Shown here piece after piece: positions 1 to 10,614 of a stretch of DNA of 64,000 nt. Source of the stretch: Limnothrix sp. BL-A-16. GTDB lineage: Bacteria; Cyanobacteriota; Cyanobacteriia; CACIAM-69d. The notes under the pieces are model-generated. The model was not told the DNA's origin and did no database searches. It was given only the letters and a program-made list of their open reading frames with translations. Position numbers and translations under genes: made by a program. Location of the stretch: NCBI GenBank assembly GCA_041937175.2, contig CP166615.1:640001-704000 (forward strand), given 5' to 3'. Numbering within the stretch: position 1 is the first letter of the stretch; each line of letters opens with the position of its first letter.

Positions 1-83
1 CTTGCAATGGCTGAAATCAGCGATGAACTATGACCGGTAATTCCTCCAGGGCAGATCCTGATCGCCCCAAGATTGCAAATAGC

Positions 84-118
84 AAAACGACGGCTCAGTC
101 CAAAAACTGAGGCCGTCG
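84..118 (-). terminator. Rho-independent terminator downstream of the Psb35-related gene
   Basis: Stem CGACGG(C)CTCAG/CTGAGCCGTCG followed by TTTT on the minus strand. Confidence 0.65.
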
Positions 119-201
119 AGAGAGGAGAAAAGAAATGAGACGATTAACGCGGTTGAAATTCAGCTCAGGGTTTTGACGGTTCAAAACCTCTGCTGGGGCC
201 C

Positions 202-438
202 TTACTGTTGGGTCACCTGCTTGCTGGTGTACGCATCCATGGCGTAGGCATAGGCGGGGCGGCGCTTACCGTAGTCGATCGAGGAACCCGTGATCGCTTC
301 GGCCAGGGTTTCAAATTCTTGGGAATTCCAGTTGCGCGAGTGGATCGGTTTGGTCTGCTCGCCCAGGAAATAGGCTTGGGTTCCGAGGACGACGGCTGCG
401 AGCCAGCCGATCGCGAACAGTGCGATGAGTAAAACCAT
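202..438 (-). CDS. Small single-TM cyanobacterial protein, probably Psb35-related PSII assembly family (78 aa from ATG 438)
   Basis: MVLLIALFAIGWLAAVVLGTQAYF.GEQ.KPIH.RNW pattern recalled for this family; N-terminal hydrophobic helix. Confidence 0.65.
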   Translation of the reverse strand: MVLLIALFAIGWLAAVVLGTQAYFLGEQTKPIHSRNWNSQEFETLAEAITGSSIDYGKRRPAYAYAMDAYTSKQVTQQ

Positions 439-475
439 GACAACCTCTCGGGGTGATCGCAACGTTTCGTTGCCT

Positions 476-493
476 TATGTAAATAAATGTAAC
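476..493 (-). promoter_or_regulatory. HLR1 (RpaB-binding) direct repeat
   Basis: Minus strand reads GTTACATT-TA-TTTACATA, an exact fit to (G/T)TTACA(T/A)(T/A)-N2-(G/T)TTACA(T/A)(T/A), ~40 bp upstream of the ATG. Confidence 0.7.
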
Positions 494-773
494 AAGATAT
501 TTACAATCTGTCAAGGCGATCGCCCAATCCGGTTTTCCCAGGGGTGCTTTGCCCTTCCCAAAACCGCCAAATTTAGACAATTCAAGGGTTTCTGTGGATG
601 ATGTCTACCGGCTTGGTTCTTTCAACCATCCGGTTTTTCACCCCGAACCCCCCAAGGTAGCCCATCAAAAAGCGATCGGCCATGACCGATCGCTGAGGAA
701 CAGAAGCCTCGATTCTGAGAATCTGGCTCAAATTGTTAAAGAACGTTGCAAGACTGGAAAATGAAATTAGCCC

Positions 774-2225
774 CTAGGACAAGGCCGCCTCTAGGCGATC
801 GTGGGCTGCCGGCTCCGTCACGGGCGTTAGAATCCCCAGTTCCGAGTCTGGAATTCCCAGCAGGTTGCCGTAAAGCTTCACGTATTCGATCGCGGATTTT
901 TCCCAACTGAAATCTTGGCCCATGGCCCGCTGCTGCAACTTGAGCCATTCCGCCTTGAACCGGAAGGCCTCCGAAGCCCGCACCATGCAGGTAAACAGAT
1001 CCAGCGGCTCATAGCGATCGAAACAATAGCCCGTGCCCGCTTGGCCCACGGGATCGTTATGTTGCACCGTGTCCACCAGGCCGCCTGTCCGCCGCACGAT
1101 CGGGATGCAACCATAGCGCATGGCCAGCATTTGACTGATTCCGCAAGGTTCAAACCGTGACGGCATCAGGAACGCATCGCACCCGGCATAAATCCGGCGG
1201 GAAAGGGCATCGTTGTATAGCAGAAAGACTGAAACGCGGCCAGGATGGCGAGCCGCCAGTTCCCACATCTGGGTTTCATAGTAGCGATCGCCCGTTCCCA
1301 GCAGCACAAACTGCGAATCGGTGTAGGCCAAGAAGCGATCGATCGTCTGCATGATCAGATCCACCCCTTTTTGTTCCACCAACCGCGACACCATCCCCAC
1401 CAGGAACGTGCTGGCGTTGATCTCTAAGCCCATTTCCTCTTGCAGGGCCACCTTATTCAACCGGCGATTCTCGATCGTCTCGGCCGTGAACGGTTTGACC
1501 AAAGCGCGATCAGTCGCTGGGTCGTAAACCTCCGTATCAATCCCATTCACAATTCCCGACAGCTTGCCGCTAATCCAAGACATCAACCCCTCCAACTGCT
1601 CGCCATAGGTGGGGGTTTGGATTTGGTGGGCATAGGTGGGTGACACCGTGGTGACCCGATCGGCATATTGCACCGCCGCCGCCAAGGTGTTGTGGCCCTG
1701 CATATACCAAGGACACCAGGTCATTTGCTCCAATTTCCAGCGCCAAGGCCCCTGGTAAGCCAGGTTGTGAATCGTAAAGACCGTCGAGATGTCCGGCGAT
1801 TGGTGCATCCAAACCGGAATCATGCCCGTATGCCAATCATGGCAGTGAATAATCTGAGGTTTCCAATAGTTCCAAGCGAATTCCGAGGCAGCATTGGCAA
1901 ACAGGGTAAACCGCCAATCCTCGTCATCCCCAGAATAGATACGCCGCGGCCAAAACGCCGGATGCCCCATTAGGTATAGGGGAACATCGGTTCCCGGCAA
2001 AGTTGTTTCATAGACGGCAAACCGCTGAAACATGGCATCGCTCCACCAGATTGGCTCCTTGGGCGCGTCCACTAACTTGTCAGCGATGAAGCCATAGAAC
2101 GGCATAAAGATCCGCACATCGTGGCCCATGGCCCGCAACACCTTGGGCAACGCACCAACCACATCGCCCATGCCACCCACCTTGGCCAGGGGAGCTACTT
2201 CAGCGGAAACAAACAGGATTCTCAT
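774..2225 (-). CDS. glgA: Glycogen synthase
   Basis: [11 protein letters not shown]-glucose motif, [15 protein letters not shown]. Confidence 0.97.
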   Translation of the reverse strand: MRILFVSAEVAPLAKVGGMGDVVGALPKVLRAMGHDVRIFMPFYGFIADKLVDAPKEPIWWSDAMFQRFAVYETTLPGTDVPLYLMGHPAFWPRRIYSGDDEDWRFTLFANAASEFAWNYWKPQIIHCHDWHTGMIPVWMHQSPDISTVFTIHNLAYQGPWRWKLEQMTWCPWYMQGHNTLAAAVQYADRVTTVSPTYAHQIQTPTYGEQLEGLMSWISGKLSGIVNGIDTEVYDPATDRALVKPFTAETIENRRLNKVALQEEMGLEINASTFLVGMVSRLVEQKGVDLIMQTIDRFLAYTDSQFVLLGTGDRYYETQMWELAARHPGRVSVFLLYNDALSRRIYAGCDAFLMPSRFEPCGISQMLAMRYGCIPIVRRTGGLVDTVQHNDPVGQAGTGYCFDRYEPLDLFTCMVRASEAFRFKAEWLKLQQRAMGQDFSWEKSAIEYVKLYGNLLGIPDSELGILTPVTEPAAHDRLEAALS

Positions 2226-2702
2226 GGGGCGATCGCTTCTATATAGAGATCAGATGCTATGCAGGGCTGTAACTGTTTTACCAGCGGTTCGGTGTTTTGG
2301 GAGTGCTTATTGCTGCCGATCCCCACCGATCCCCTGAAGCCGGTCGGCCCATGGGGCCCCATCGGACAGTTACGAATTTTGCAAAACGGGTTTTGTGCGC
2401 CCATCCATCCTGCTTATTGCGAAAATCAGCGCATTTTTGCCCGATCTCAGCCGCTGGTTTCCCTGATTGTCCTGGTTTTGTCAAACCCTGGCCAGCCGCG
2501 CAATAGCGGGCAACTGAGGATTTTGTGATTCAAGATGCAGACCACCTCGCCAAAGGTGGGTATTCTAAAATTAGAGAACGCAATGATTTCGAGTTTTGAT
2601 ATTTCTTTACTAATTTGCCGTCAAAACTGCAAAACGACTTCAAAATTCGTTACTATAGAGTTTCCTCAGTTGCCCAGCGGTCGTTCGCGGAGCCGAACTG
2701 CC

Positions 2703-3659
2703 ATGAAAAAAGACCCCACAGCTACGGATCTCGTTCGCGCCTACCTTCGTGAAATTGGTCGCGTTCCCCTGCTCACCCACGAGCAAGAAATCGTCTTGGG
2801 CAAGCAGGTACAACGCCTCAACGTTCTGCAAGAGGAAAAAGACAAGCTGACCATGCGCCTGGGCTATGAACCCGGCCTGGCGGAATGGGCAGCGGCCACC
2901 GGTTTGAGCCTAGATGAGCTGAAAGCCGCCATTCGCGAGGGCGATCGCGCCAAACGCAAGATGGTGGAAGCTAACTTGCGCCTCGTGGTGTCCGTTGCCA
3001 AGAAATACATCAAGCGAAATGTAGACCTTTTGGATCTGATCCAGGAGGGCACGATCGGGATGCAGCGCGGCGTTGAGAAGTTTGACCCCACCAAGGGCTA
3101 TCGGTTTAGTACCTATGCCTATTGGTGGATTCGTCAGGCCATCACTCGGGCGATCGCGGAAAAGGGGCGCACCATCCGCCTCCCAATCCACATCACCGAG
3201 AAACTGAACAAAATCAAAAAAGCCCAGCGCACTCTGTCGCAACAACTGGGCCGCAGCGCCACCATTGCCGAGTTGGGCGACGAAATTGGCCTCTCTCCCA
3301 AGCAAATTCGGGATTACCTGGAACGGGCCCGCCAGCCCCTGTCGTTGGATTTGCGGGTGGGCGACAACCAAGATACGGAACTCGGCGAGCTGCTCGAAGA
3401 CGAAGGGCCCTCCCCGGAGGAATTTGCCACCCAGTCTTCTCTGCGCGGCGACATTGAAACCATCATGGCCGACTTGACCCCCCAACAGCGGGAAGTGCTT
3501 TCCCTTCGCTTTGGGTTAAGTGACGGACAAGCCCTCACGTTGGCCAAAATTGGCGATCGCCTGCAAATTAGCCGTGAGCGCGTCCGCCAAATTGAGCGCG
3601 AAGCCCTCACCAAGCTCCGCAAGCATAAGGCGGATATCCGTGAATACCTGGCCAGTTAA
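2703..3659 (+). CDS. sigD: Group 2 RNA polymerase sigma factor (SigD-like); ATG 2703 preferred over the track's 2535
   Basis: [21 protein letters not shown] region 1.2, [32 protein letters not shown]; no region 1.1. Confidence 0.8.
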   Translation: MKKDPTATDLVRAYLREIGRVPLLTHEQEIVLGKQVQRLNVLQEEKDKLTMRLGYEPGLAEWAAATGLSLDELKAAIREGDRAKRKMVEANLRLVVSVAKKYIKRNVDLLDLIQEGTIGMQRGVEKFDPTKGYRFSTYAYWWIRQAITRAIAEKGRTIRLPIHITEKLNKIKKAQRTLSQQLGRSATIAELGDEIGLSPKQIRDYLERARQPLSLDLRVGDNQDTELGELLEDEGPSPEEFATQSSLRGDIETIMADLTPQQREVLSLRFGLSDGQALTLAKIGDRLQISRERVRQIEREALTKLRKHKADIREYLAS

Positions 3660-3725
3660 TTAGCCTGGGTTCGTCTGTCACTGATCTTAAGTCCGTTTCT
3701 TAGGCGACCATTCATATAACCCCTG

Positions 3726-3758
3726 CACGCTGGATCAATCAGATCCAGCGTGTTTTTT
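3726..3758 (+). terminator. Rho-independent terminator of the sigma gene
   Basis: CACGCTGGATC-aatca-GATCCAGCGTG followed by TTTTTT. Confidence 0.85.
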
Positions 3759-3985
3759 GGCTTCAAGGGAGCAGGGCGATCGACTCCCTCGGGGCCTCTT
3801 TTCATGGGGGTTGAACCCGGAAGCAGCATGAAGATTTCATGAAGACTTCATGTGTCCTTCATAGATTAAATCGACATTATGAAGTGTTGATGAAGAGACT
3901 AGGCGAAAAAGGTCTCAAAACCTATGATTGGGATCAAGCGGTACTTAACCAAATGTTCTTCTACGTCTTCATTTGGTGATTCTTC

Positions 3986-4948
3986 ATGAAATTCTCAGTT
4001 GTTATCCCCTGTTATAACGCCGAACAATGGATTGATCAAGCTCTGCAAAGCATTGCCGAACAAACCATTCCAGCTAGTGAAGTCATTGTGGTTGACGATG
4101 GTTCTACCGATCGCTCGATCGAGTACCTGCATCGCAGCCCAGTACCTACTAAAATCTTGCGCACACCTAACCTGGGTCCAGGAGGAGCCAGAAACGCAGG
4201 CATTGCTGCCGCCACTGGCGATTGGGTTGCCTTTTTAGATGCCGATGATTGGTGGAAACCAAACCACTTGGAGCGCATTCAAAGCCTAGTTGAAAACTCG
4301 GACGATGTGCTGTATTTAGCCGCCGCTGAGCACTATTCCATCAGTGCCGATCGAGTGGTTTCCATGTCCGATACGGGGCCATTTTCAGAGCCAACTGGAC
4401 AACTAGATCACGCCACCTATTTTCAGCTTTATCGCAAGCATGGCATCTTAGAACTGTCGAGTTTAGCCGCTCGTCGATCGCACCTACAAGCCGTTGGCGG
4501 GTTCGATGAAAAAGCATCCGGTGCGGAAGATTTAGAACTAGTGTTGCGAGTCATTCATGGCCAAACCTGGGCCTATGATCCAGTGCCTTCAAGCCTGTAT
4601 CGGTGTAGCAATCCTGCCAGCTACTCCCGCACTGCCCATGCCAATGAACAGCGCTTAACCGCTAAGTTTCGAGTCTTTCTGAAACACCGCGACCATTATC
4701 AGATCAGCCAATCAATCTTCATGGAGCTGGGCAAAACCATGATGAGCAAGGCAATTATGAGCGGTGATTGGCGAATGCAACAGCAGGTTAAGGAGTTGGT
4801 TTATTACTACCTATCGACTCCCCAAAAAGCTGTTTTCTCGATCGCTGGACAATTGCCCACGTTCTATAGCCTATTGAATCAACTGCGCAATCAACTGAAA
4901 GGAGAACAGTACCGGCCTCGCAAGGTGTTGAACCCGGTCAGTGCTTAA
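3986..4948 (+). CDS. Glycosyltransferase family 2
   Basis: SVVIPCYN, VVDDGSTD, ARNAGI, FLDADD. Confidence 0.92.
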   Translation: MKFSVVIPCYNAEQWIDQALQSIAEQTIPASEVIVVDDGSTDRSIEYLHRSPVPTKILRTPNLGPGGARNAGIAAATGDWVAFLDADDWWKPNHLERIQSLVENSDDVLYLAAAEHYSISADRVVSMSDTGPFSEPTGQLDHATYFQLYRKHGILELSSLAARRSHLQAVGGFDEKASGAEDLELVLRVIHGQTWAYDPVPSSLYRCSNPASYSRTAHANEQRLTAKFRVFLKHRDHYQISQSIFMELGKTMMSKAIMSGDWRMQQQVKELVYYYLSTPQKAVFSIAGQLPTFYSLLNQLRNQLKGEQYRPRKVLNPVSA

Positions 4949-5706
4949 TCTTTTCAACATTGCTGCCTAGGCTTTCATACCATTGCATTGTTCTTGATTG
5001 GGGTCACTCAATTTCAGCCCCAATTTCAGAGCCTGCTAAAAGCGGTTCACAGCTAGCTGTCAATCGAGTTCTGTACTTTCATCTTTAATAGAACCGGAGC
5101 ATTCAATTTGTTCTGGTTCTATTTTATTTTTTCTGTTATTCTTCGATTTTTTATATGCTTGATTGATTTCTATATTCTGAAAATGAATAGTAGCTCCGTT
5201 GAAGTTGACTTTCTGGTGATCCAGATGATCATGCTACAGATAGGCCACTTAAGCATTATTAGATTTTGTTTGATCAGTCTAGATCACAAAGAAACTACCT
5301 AATTTTACTGATTGGTGGCGTGAGAAATCGAGCAAACTGCCACATGATCGATCTCCGTCAAATCCGGTGAGGTCGTTTTGGCCTCGTCCTGGCTAGGAGG
5401 AAGTCTGAAAAACCAAAACTGCTACCCTGTGGATCTCCTCGATCGACGCAGACCGGGGGCTGAAGCTCCTTGAAACCGGGACTACTAGCGCTTTGCCAAT
5501 CCCCCAAGTGACTTCTCGGGCATCTTCTTTAGGTCTAAATTGACCTGTTGATGAACCCTGAGTTGACCCTGATTTGGCTCTCAGTTAGTTCTGAGTTAGC
5601 TCTAAACTGACCAATTGGAACCGCCGCCCCCCGCTTCAGCCGCTCGCACCGCCTTGGTGCGCTGGGCTGCTGAATGTGTTAGTCCCGCCACGACGGAGAA
5701 ACCGTA

Positions 5707-6594
5707 GTGCTCATGTTCGATCGCCTCTTGGCCCAAGCCCCCAAACTCGCTGCCTATCCCCTGCCCTTGCGGATCGCTAGCTTCATCGGTGTGTTGTTGG
5801 TGTTGTGGTTGCCGGTGGCGGCCCTCACCTGCTGGCCACTGGTGCTGTCCCTGGGTTGGAGCCACAACCTCACCAATCTGATGGCGGTGTTGACTTTATA
5901 TTTGGCAATCCTGACCACCCTATGGCTGTGGGGGCGACGGGTGCGCGGTCAGCAACGGCCCCTCTCTGCCTATGGTTGGTCTTGGAACCGGGGCATGGTG
6001 CAGGATGTGGCGATGGGTGTGGCGATCGCGATCGGGAGTTTTGCCCTGCTCCATGGTCTTTATTACCTGTTGGGTTGGTTTTGGTGGGAAATGCCGCCTA
6101 ATCAGTCTTGGTTAACCATTTGGCTGAATGGCATCCTCAACGGCGTGGGGATTGCATTCCTCGAGGAACTGTTTTTTCGAGGTTGGTTTTTGGCAGAATT
6201 TCGCCACTCCATGCCCCAAAAGCAAGCGGCCGTTTGGACGAGCGCGATTTTTGCGACCCTGCATTTTCTGAAACCTTTAGATGCTGTTCTGGCCACCTGG
6301 CCCCAATGGCCGGGCCTGTGGCTGCTGGGAATGACCATGGTGCAGGCGCGGGCCTTGGGGCGGGCCCAACCGGGCAGTTTGGGTTGGTCGATCGGGATGC
6401 ATGGCGGTTGGGTTTGCACCATTACTGTTCTGAGCCTCAGCGGCATGGGACACTACAGCCCGACCGTGCCCGCTTGGCTCACGGGCATTGGTGGCAACCC
6501 CTTGGCCAGCGTGTCGGGGTTGGCCTTCATGGTGATCGTGTTCGGGCTGTTGCGCTGGCGATCGCACCGGCAATCCATGCCCCCCATCCACTAA
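5707..6594 (+). CDS. CPBP/Abi family intramembrane metalloprotease
   Basis: EELFFRG, FATLH, HGGW motifs in a multi-TM protein. Confidence 0.9.
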   Translation: MLMFDRLLAQAPKLAAYPLPLRIASFIGVLLVLWLPVAALTCWPLVLSLGWSHNLTNLMAVLTLYLAILTTLWLWGRRVRGQQRPLSAYGWSWNRGMVQDVAMGVAIAIGSFALLHGLYYLLGWFWWEMPPNQSWLTIWLNGILNGVGIAFLEELFFRGWFLAEFRHSMPQKQAAVWTSAIFATLHFLKPLDAVLATWPQWPGLWLLGMTMVQARALGRAQPGSLGWSIGMHGGWVCTITVLSLSGMGHYSPTVPAWLTGIGGNPLASVSGLAFMVIVFGLLRWRSHRQSMPPIH

Positions 6595-6758
6595 AAATTG
6601 CTTAGAAAATCCTTGGGAAAGCGCCTGGAAAGCTCATCAAGATTTGATCACCATCTTGATCGCCTGAATGATCCTCTGATCAGCCCCATGGCGAATCCAA
6701 GACCTCGGCCAGATGTGTCAAAATTCCTGTACGCCTTGATTTGCGCCCCAAATTTCCC

Positions 6759-8690
6759 ATGACTGTTGCTGCTGTCGATCGCCCCGTCCAACCCGATTTC
6801 CAAGACGACTTTGATGTGATTGTCGTGGGAGCCGGCCATGCGGGCTGCGAGGCGGCCTTGGCGGCGGCCCGGTTGGGCTGCCAGACCCTGTTGATCACGC
6901 TGAATTTGGACAAAATTGCCTGGCAGCCCTGCAACCCGGCCGTGGGCGGCCCGGCCAAGTCGCAGCTTGTCCATGAGGCCGATGCCCTGGGCGGCGAAAT
7001 TGGCAAAATCGCCGATCGCACTTATCTGCAAAAGCGGGTGTTGAATGCGTCGCGCGGGCCGGCGGTCTGGGCGTTGCGGGCCCAAACGGACAAGCGCGAA
7101 TATGCGGCAGAAATGAAGCTGATTGTGGAAAATCAGCCGAACTTGACGATCCGCGAAGGGATGGTCACAGATCTGATTTTGGGCAACAACGACGAGATCA
7201 TCGGCGTAGAAACCTACTTTGGCGTGGCGTTTCGCTGTCGATCGGTTGTGTTGACCACCGGCACGTTTTTGGGCGGGATCATCTGGGTCGGTAACAAATC
7301 GATGCCCGCCGGTCGCGCTGGGGAATTTGCCGCCGTGGGGCTGACAGACACCCTGAAGCGGCTGGGTTTCGAGACCGATCGCCTGAAAACCGGCACGCCG
7401 GCCCGGGTCGATCGGCGATCGGTGGACTTCAGCAAAATGGAACCTCAGCCGCCCGACCCTGACAACCGTTGGTTTAGCTTCGACCCAGCGGCGCACATTG
7501 AGCGGGATCAGATGAATTGCTATCTCACTCGCACCACCGCCGAAACCCATCGCCTGATCCAGGAAAATCTACATCTATCACCGGTCTATGGCGGCTGGGT
7601 TGATGCCAAAGGGCCGCGCTATTGCCCCAGCATTGAAGACAAAATCGTGCGATTTGCCGACAAGGAATCGCACCAAATTTTCATTGAACCGGAAGGACGC
7701 GAAATTCCTGAACTCTACATTCAAGGCTTTTCAACGGGCTTGCCGGAACGCTTGCAAATTGCCATGTTGCGATCGCTCCCGGGCCTAGAAAACTGCACGA
7801 TGTTGCGCCCGGCCTACGCGGTGGAATATGACTATTTGCCCGCCACCCAGTGCTATCCCACGATGATGACCAAAACTGTGGAAGGACTGTTCTGTGCGGG
7901 GCAAATTAATGGCACTACGGGTTACGAAGAAGCGGCGGCCCAAGGATTGGTGGCGGGCATCAATGCAGCTCGGTTGGCGCAGCAAAAACCGCCGATTATT
8001 TTGCCGCGTGAAAGCAGCTATATTGGCACGTTGCTTGATGATTTGTGCACGAAGGAATTGCGCGAACCCTATCGAATGCTAACCTCGCGATCGGAATATC
8101 GGCTGTTGTTGCGATCGGACAATGCTGATCGCCGGTTAACGCCCTTGGGTCGCGAAATTGGCTTAATCGACGATCGCCGCTGGGATCTGTTCCAAACCAA
8201 ACAGGCAAACATTGCCGCCGAACAGGAACGGCTACAAACCTCGCGAGTTAAGGAAAATGACCCGGCCGCTCCGGCGATCGTGGCGGCCACAGGTGGCCCG
8301 ATCAAAGGCTCCGTGACCCTAGTAGAATTGCTGAAGCGGCCGGGATTTCATTACGCACAATTGGCGGAGTTTGGGCTAGGAAATCCCGACCTCGATCGCG
8401 CGGAAACCGAAGGGGCGGAAATCGAAATCAAATATTCCGGTTACATCCAACGCCAACAGCGACAAATCGAGGCGATCGCCCGCCAAGAAAATCGCCGCCT
8501 ACCGGAAAATTTGGATTACCAGGCGATCGAAACTCTCTCGAAGGAATCGCGCGAAAAGCTGGCGAAGGTGCGGCCCCTAACGGTGGGCCAAGCCTCCCGA
8601 ATCGGCGGCGTGAACCCGGCGGATATCAATGCGCTGCTGATCTACCTGGAACTGCGCGATCGACAACCAGTCGCCACGATCACGGCTTAG
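6759..8690 (+). CDS. mnmG: tRNA uridine-5-carboxymethylaminomethyl modification enzyme MnmG/GidA
   Basis: [54 protein letters not shown]. Confidence 0.97.
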   Translation: MTVAAVDRPVQPDFQDDFDVIVVGAGHAGCEAALAAARLGCQTLLITLNLDKIAWQPCNPAVGGPAKSQLVHEADALGGEIGKIADRTYLQKRVLNASRGPAVWALRAQTDKREYAAEMKLIVENQPNLTIREGMVTDLILGNNDEIIGVETYFGVAFRCRSVVLTTGTFLGGIIWVGNKSMPAGRAGEFAAVGLTDTLKRLGFETDRLKTGTPARVDRRSVDFSKMEPQPPDPDNRWFSFDPAAHIERDQMNCYLTRTTAETHRLIQENLHLSPVYGGWVDAKGPRYCPSIEDKIVRFADKESHQIFIEPEGREIPELYIQGFSTGLPERLQIAMLRSLPGLENCTMLRPAYAVEYDYLPATQCYPTMMTKTVEGLFCAGQINGTTGYEEAAAQGLVAGINAARLAQQKPPIILPRESSYIGTLLDDLCTKELREPYRMLTSRSEYRLLLRSDNADRRLTPLGREIGLIDDRRWDLFQTKQANIAAEQERLQTSRVKENDPAAPAIVAATGGPIKGSVTLVELLKRPGFHYAQLAEFGLGNPDLDRAETEGAEIEIKYSGYIQRQQRQIEAIARQENRRLPENLDYQAIETLSKESREKLAKVRPLTVGQASRIGGVNPADINALLIYLELRDRQPVATITA

Positions 8691-8717
8691 CGATCAGAGT
8701 AAACTTAAAAGGCTGAT

Positions 8718-8746
8718 GTTGGGTTGAGGAACGCAACCCAACCTAC
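8718..8746 (-). repeat. GTAG-type REP hairpin
   Basis: Minus strand GTAG-GTTGGGTTG-CGTTCCT-CAACCCAAC: GTAG head adjoining a 9-bp stem. Confidence 0.65.
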
Positions 8747-8778
8747 TGACTACTGCTGATGACTAGTAGGGCTGATTC

Positions 8779-8952
8779 ATGATAGTCGATTGGATACAAA
8801 AAATTGCATCATGGATTCAAAGTTTTTGGAATCAGTTAGACGAATCAACCAAGCGCAAAATCATTGATGCGATCGTGAAAGAGCTTGGGTTGCTACTGCG
8901 TGCATTTTATCGATACTGGAAAAGTCAATCCACAGAACAAGGTGAAGCATGA
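8779..8952 (+). CDS. Unannotated 57-aa Trp-rich amphipathic peptide (below the ORF-track cutoff)
   Basis: Manual translation MIVDWIQKIASWIQSFWNQLDESTKRKIIDAIVKELGLLLRAFYRYWKSQSTEQGEA*; stop overlaps the next start (ATGA at 8949-8952). Confidence 0.6.
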   Translation: MIVDWIQKIASWIQSFWNQLDESTKRKIIDAIVKELGLLLRAFYRYWKSQSTEQGEA

Positions 8953-9290
8953 AAACATTTAAAGCATTCATCCAAGAGCTTGAAAATCTATCTACAACAG
9001 CTCTACCATCTGCAGACTCACTGGTATCGACTGTTGAAAGTGCCATGAACCTAGCAGTGAGTGCTTCATTGTCTCCAGTGCCAAGTAGTGATGAAGACAA
9101 GGAAAACCTAGCAAAAAAACAAGAATTTGTGGAGAAGGTAACTAACTTTATCCATGACGATCAATTTATCTCGGATTTGAGTGACCGAATTGGATTACCA
9201 TCTCCAGCCGAAACTAAAGATGAGTTTGTGGCACGAGGTAGTGACGCTCTTAAAAAAATGTTGTATGCCCGATTTGGCATCAAAGAATAA
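8949..9290 (+). CDS. Hypothetical acidic protein, 113 aa
   Basis: Clean ATG-TAA ORF, AT-rich, ATGA-coupled to the upstream peptide; no family recognised. Confidence 0.7.
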   Translation: MKTFKAFIQELENLSTTALPSADSLVSTVESAMNLAVSASLSPVPSSDEDKENLAKKQEFVEKVTNFIHDDQFISDLSDRIGLPSPAETKDEFVARGSDALKKMLYARFGIKE

Positions 9291-9322
9291 CTTCATGACT
9301 AGCAGCCTGTAGGGTGGAAAGT

Positions 9323-9431
9323 AGTAGTAGCGCGGTTGCCTTAATTCATCGGGTCTGCCAATTTCTGAGTCAGATTCGCCAAGCTTGTAAGCTTTGACAG
9401 CTCAATATTTTGAGTTTGCCGCGCTACTACT
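9323..9431. mobile_element. ~109 bp non-coding element with 13-bp terminal inverted repeats (MITE-like, possibly IS630-type ends)
   Basis: AGTAGTAGCGCGG at 9323-9335 and CCGCGCTACTACT at 9419-9431; the left end recurs inverted at ~19765-19797. Confidence 0.6.
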
Positions 9432-9456
9432 CAACTTAAAAAGTCAACATTGAGAA

Positions 9457-9879
9457 TTGGCAGTGCCTAAACTAGATATTATTCACCATGCTGTGAAGCG
9501 CGCACTCATTAAAGACGGCTGGCTGATCACGGATGATCCATATATCATCCAGTACCAAAAGACGGTTCTCTATGCAGATCTTGGGGCTGAACGCCCGATC
9601 GCAGCCGAGCGAGCCGATCAGAAGCTAGTTGTAGAAGTTAAAAGCTTTATTGGTCAATCCAAAATTCAAGATCTGAAAGAAGCCCTTGGCCAATACGATA
9701 TTTATCGTTATCTTTTAGAAGAAACAGCACCAGAGCGAAAACTATATATTGCCGTTAGCGAAGTGTCTTATAGATCCTTTTTTATTCAAGATATTGCCCA
9801 GCTCATTATCAAAAAACATCCGCTATCCATGATTATTGTTGATCTTGAAATGGAGGAAATTACACAGTGGATAAATTAG
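9457..9879 (+). CDS. xisH: XisH family protein
   Basis: HHAVKRALIKDGWLITDDPY, DLGAE, VEVKSF, ALGQY. Confidence 0.9.
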   Translation: MAVPKLDIIHHAVKRALIKDGWLITDDPYIIQYQKTVLYADLGAERPIAAERADQKLVVEVKSFIGQSKIQDLKEALGQYDIYRYLLEETAPERKLYIAVSEVSYRSFFIQDIAQLIIKKHPLSMIIVDLEMEEITQWIN

Positions 9880-10220
9880 TTGAATACTCCAAGCTGATTA
9901 AGGAAATTTTGGCGAGTTACGTTGAACTTTGTCGCCAGAAAAACAATGACAGCTTAGAGACTTTCTTGGTTGCTGATGATGTTAATCATCACTATCTCTG
10001 GATGAATTTAGGTTGGCAAAAGGGCGATCGCGTCAATGGCCCAACCGTCTATGTACGTATTCGAGAGGGGAAATTTTGGATTGAAGAGGACTGGACAGAA
10101 GAAGGAATCGCCACCGACCTCATGCGAGCAGGCGTACCCAAAACAGATATTGTTTTGGCATTTCATGAACCCAAAATCCGAGAACTGACGGGTTTTGCTG
10201 TCGCCAACTCGTTGCCATAA
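9867..10220 (+). CDS. xisI: XisI family protein
   Basis: MDKL start overlapping xisH; GKFWIEEDWTEEGIATDLMRAGVPKTDIVLAF. Confidence 0.9.
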   Translation: MDKLVEYSKLIKEILASYVELCRQKNNDSLETFLVADDVNHHYLWMNLGWQKGDRVNGPTVYVRIREGKFWIEEDWTEEGIATDLMRAGVPKTDIVLAFHEPKIRELTGFAVANSLP

Positions 10221-10278
10221 CTTATCTCAGCGATCTTCGCGATTGACTTTCATCTCAGTCATGCATAGAGGTTTGATC

Positions 10279-10614
10279 ATGCAAAATTTTCAAGTGATCG
10301 CCTCAAGGGTTGCGATCAATGAGAACCAAATCTCAGCATTCTGCCATCGATGGAAAATCACAGAATTTTCGTTGTTTGGGTCAGTCTTAAGAGATGATTT
10401 TCAGCCCGAAAGTAGTGATATTGATGTGCTTATTTCATTTTCCCCGGATGCACATTGGACACTGTTTGACTGGGCAGATATGGAAGACGAGATTCAACAA
10501 ATTTTCCAACGAAAAGTTGATCTGATCAGCCGCCGGGGGCTAGAACGCAGCCGCAATCAGCAACGCCGTCAAGCCATCCTAGATTCTGCCCAAGTGATTT
10601 ATGCAGCCTCGTGA
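10279..10614 (+). CDS. Minimal nucleotidyltransferase (MNT) antitoxin
   Basis: FGSVLRDDFQPESSDIDVLI (GS...DxD), RKVDLISR; GAGG upstream of ATG 10279. Confidence 0.88.
   Translation: MQNFQVIASRVAINENQISAFCHRWKITEFSLFGSVLRDDFQPESSDIDVLISFSPDAHWTLFDWADMEDEIQQIFQRKVDLISRRGLERSRNQQRRQAILDSAQVIYAAS

Noticed and set aside
2269..2281. Possible NtcA site upstream of glgA
   Set aside because: GTA-N7-TAC, wrong spacing
5108..5302. 64-aa hydrophobic ORF
   Set aside because: TTG start in a T-rich intergenic stretch; hydrophobicity follows from base composition
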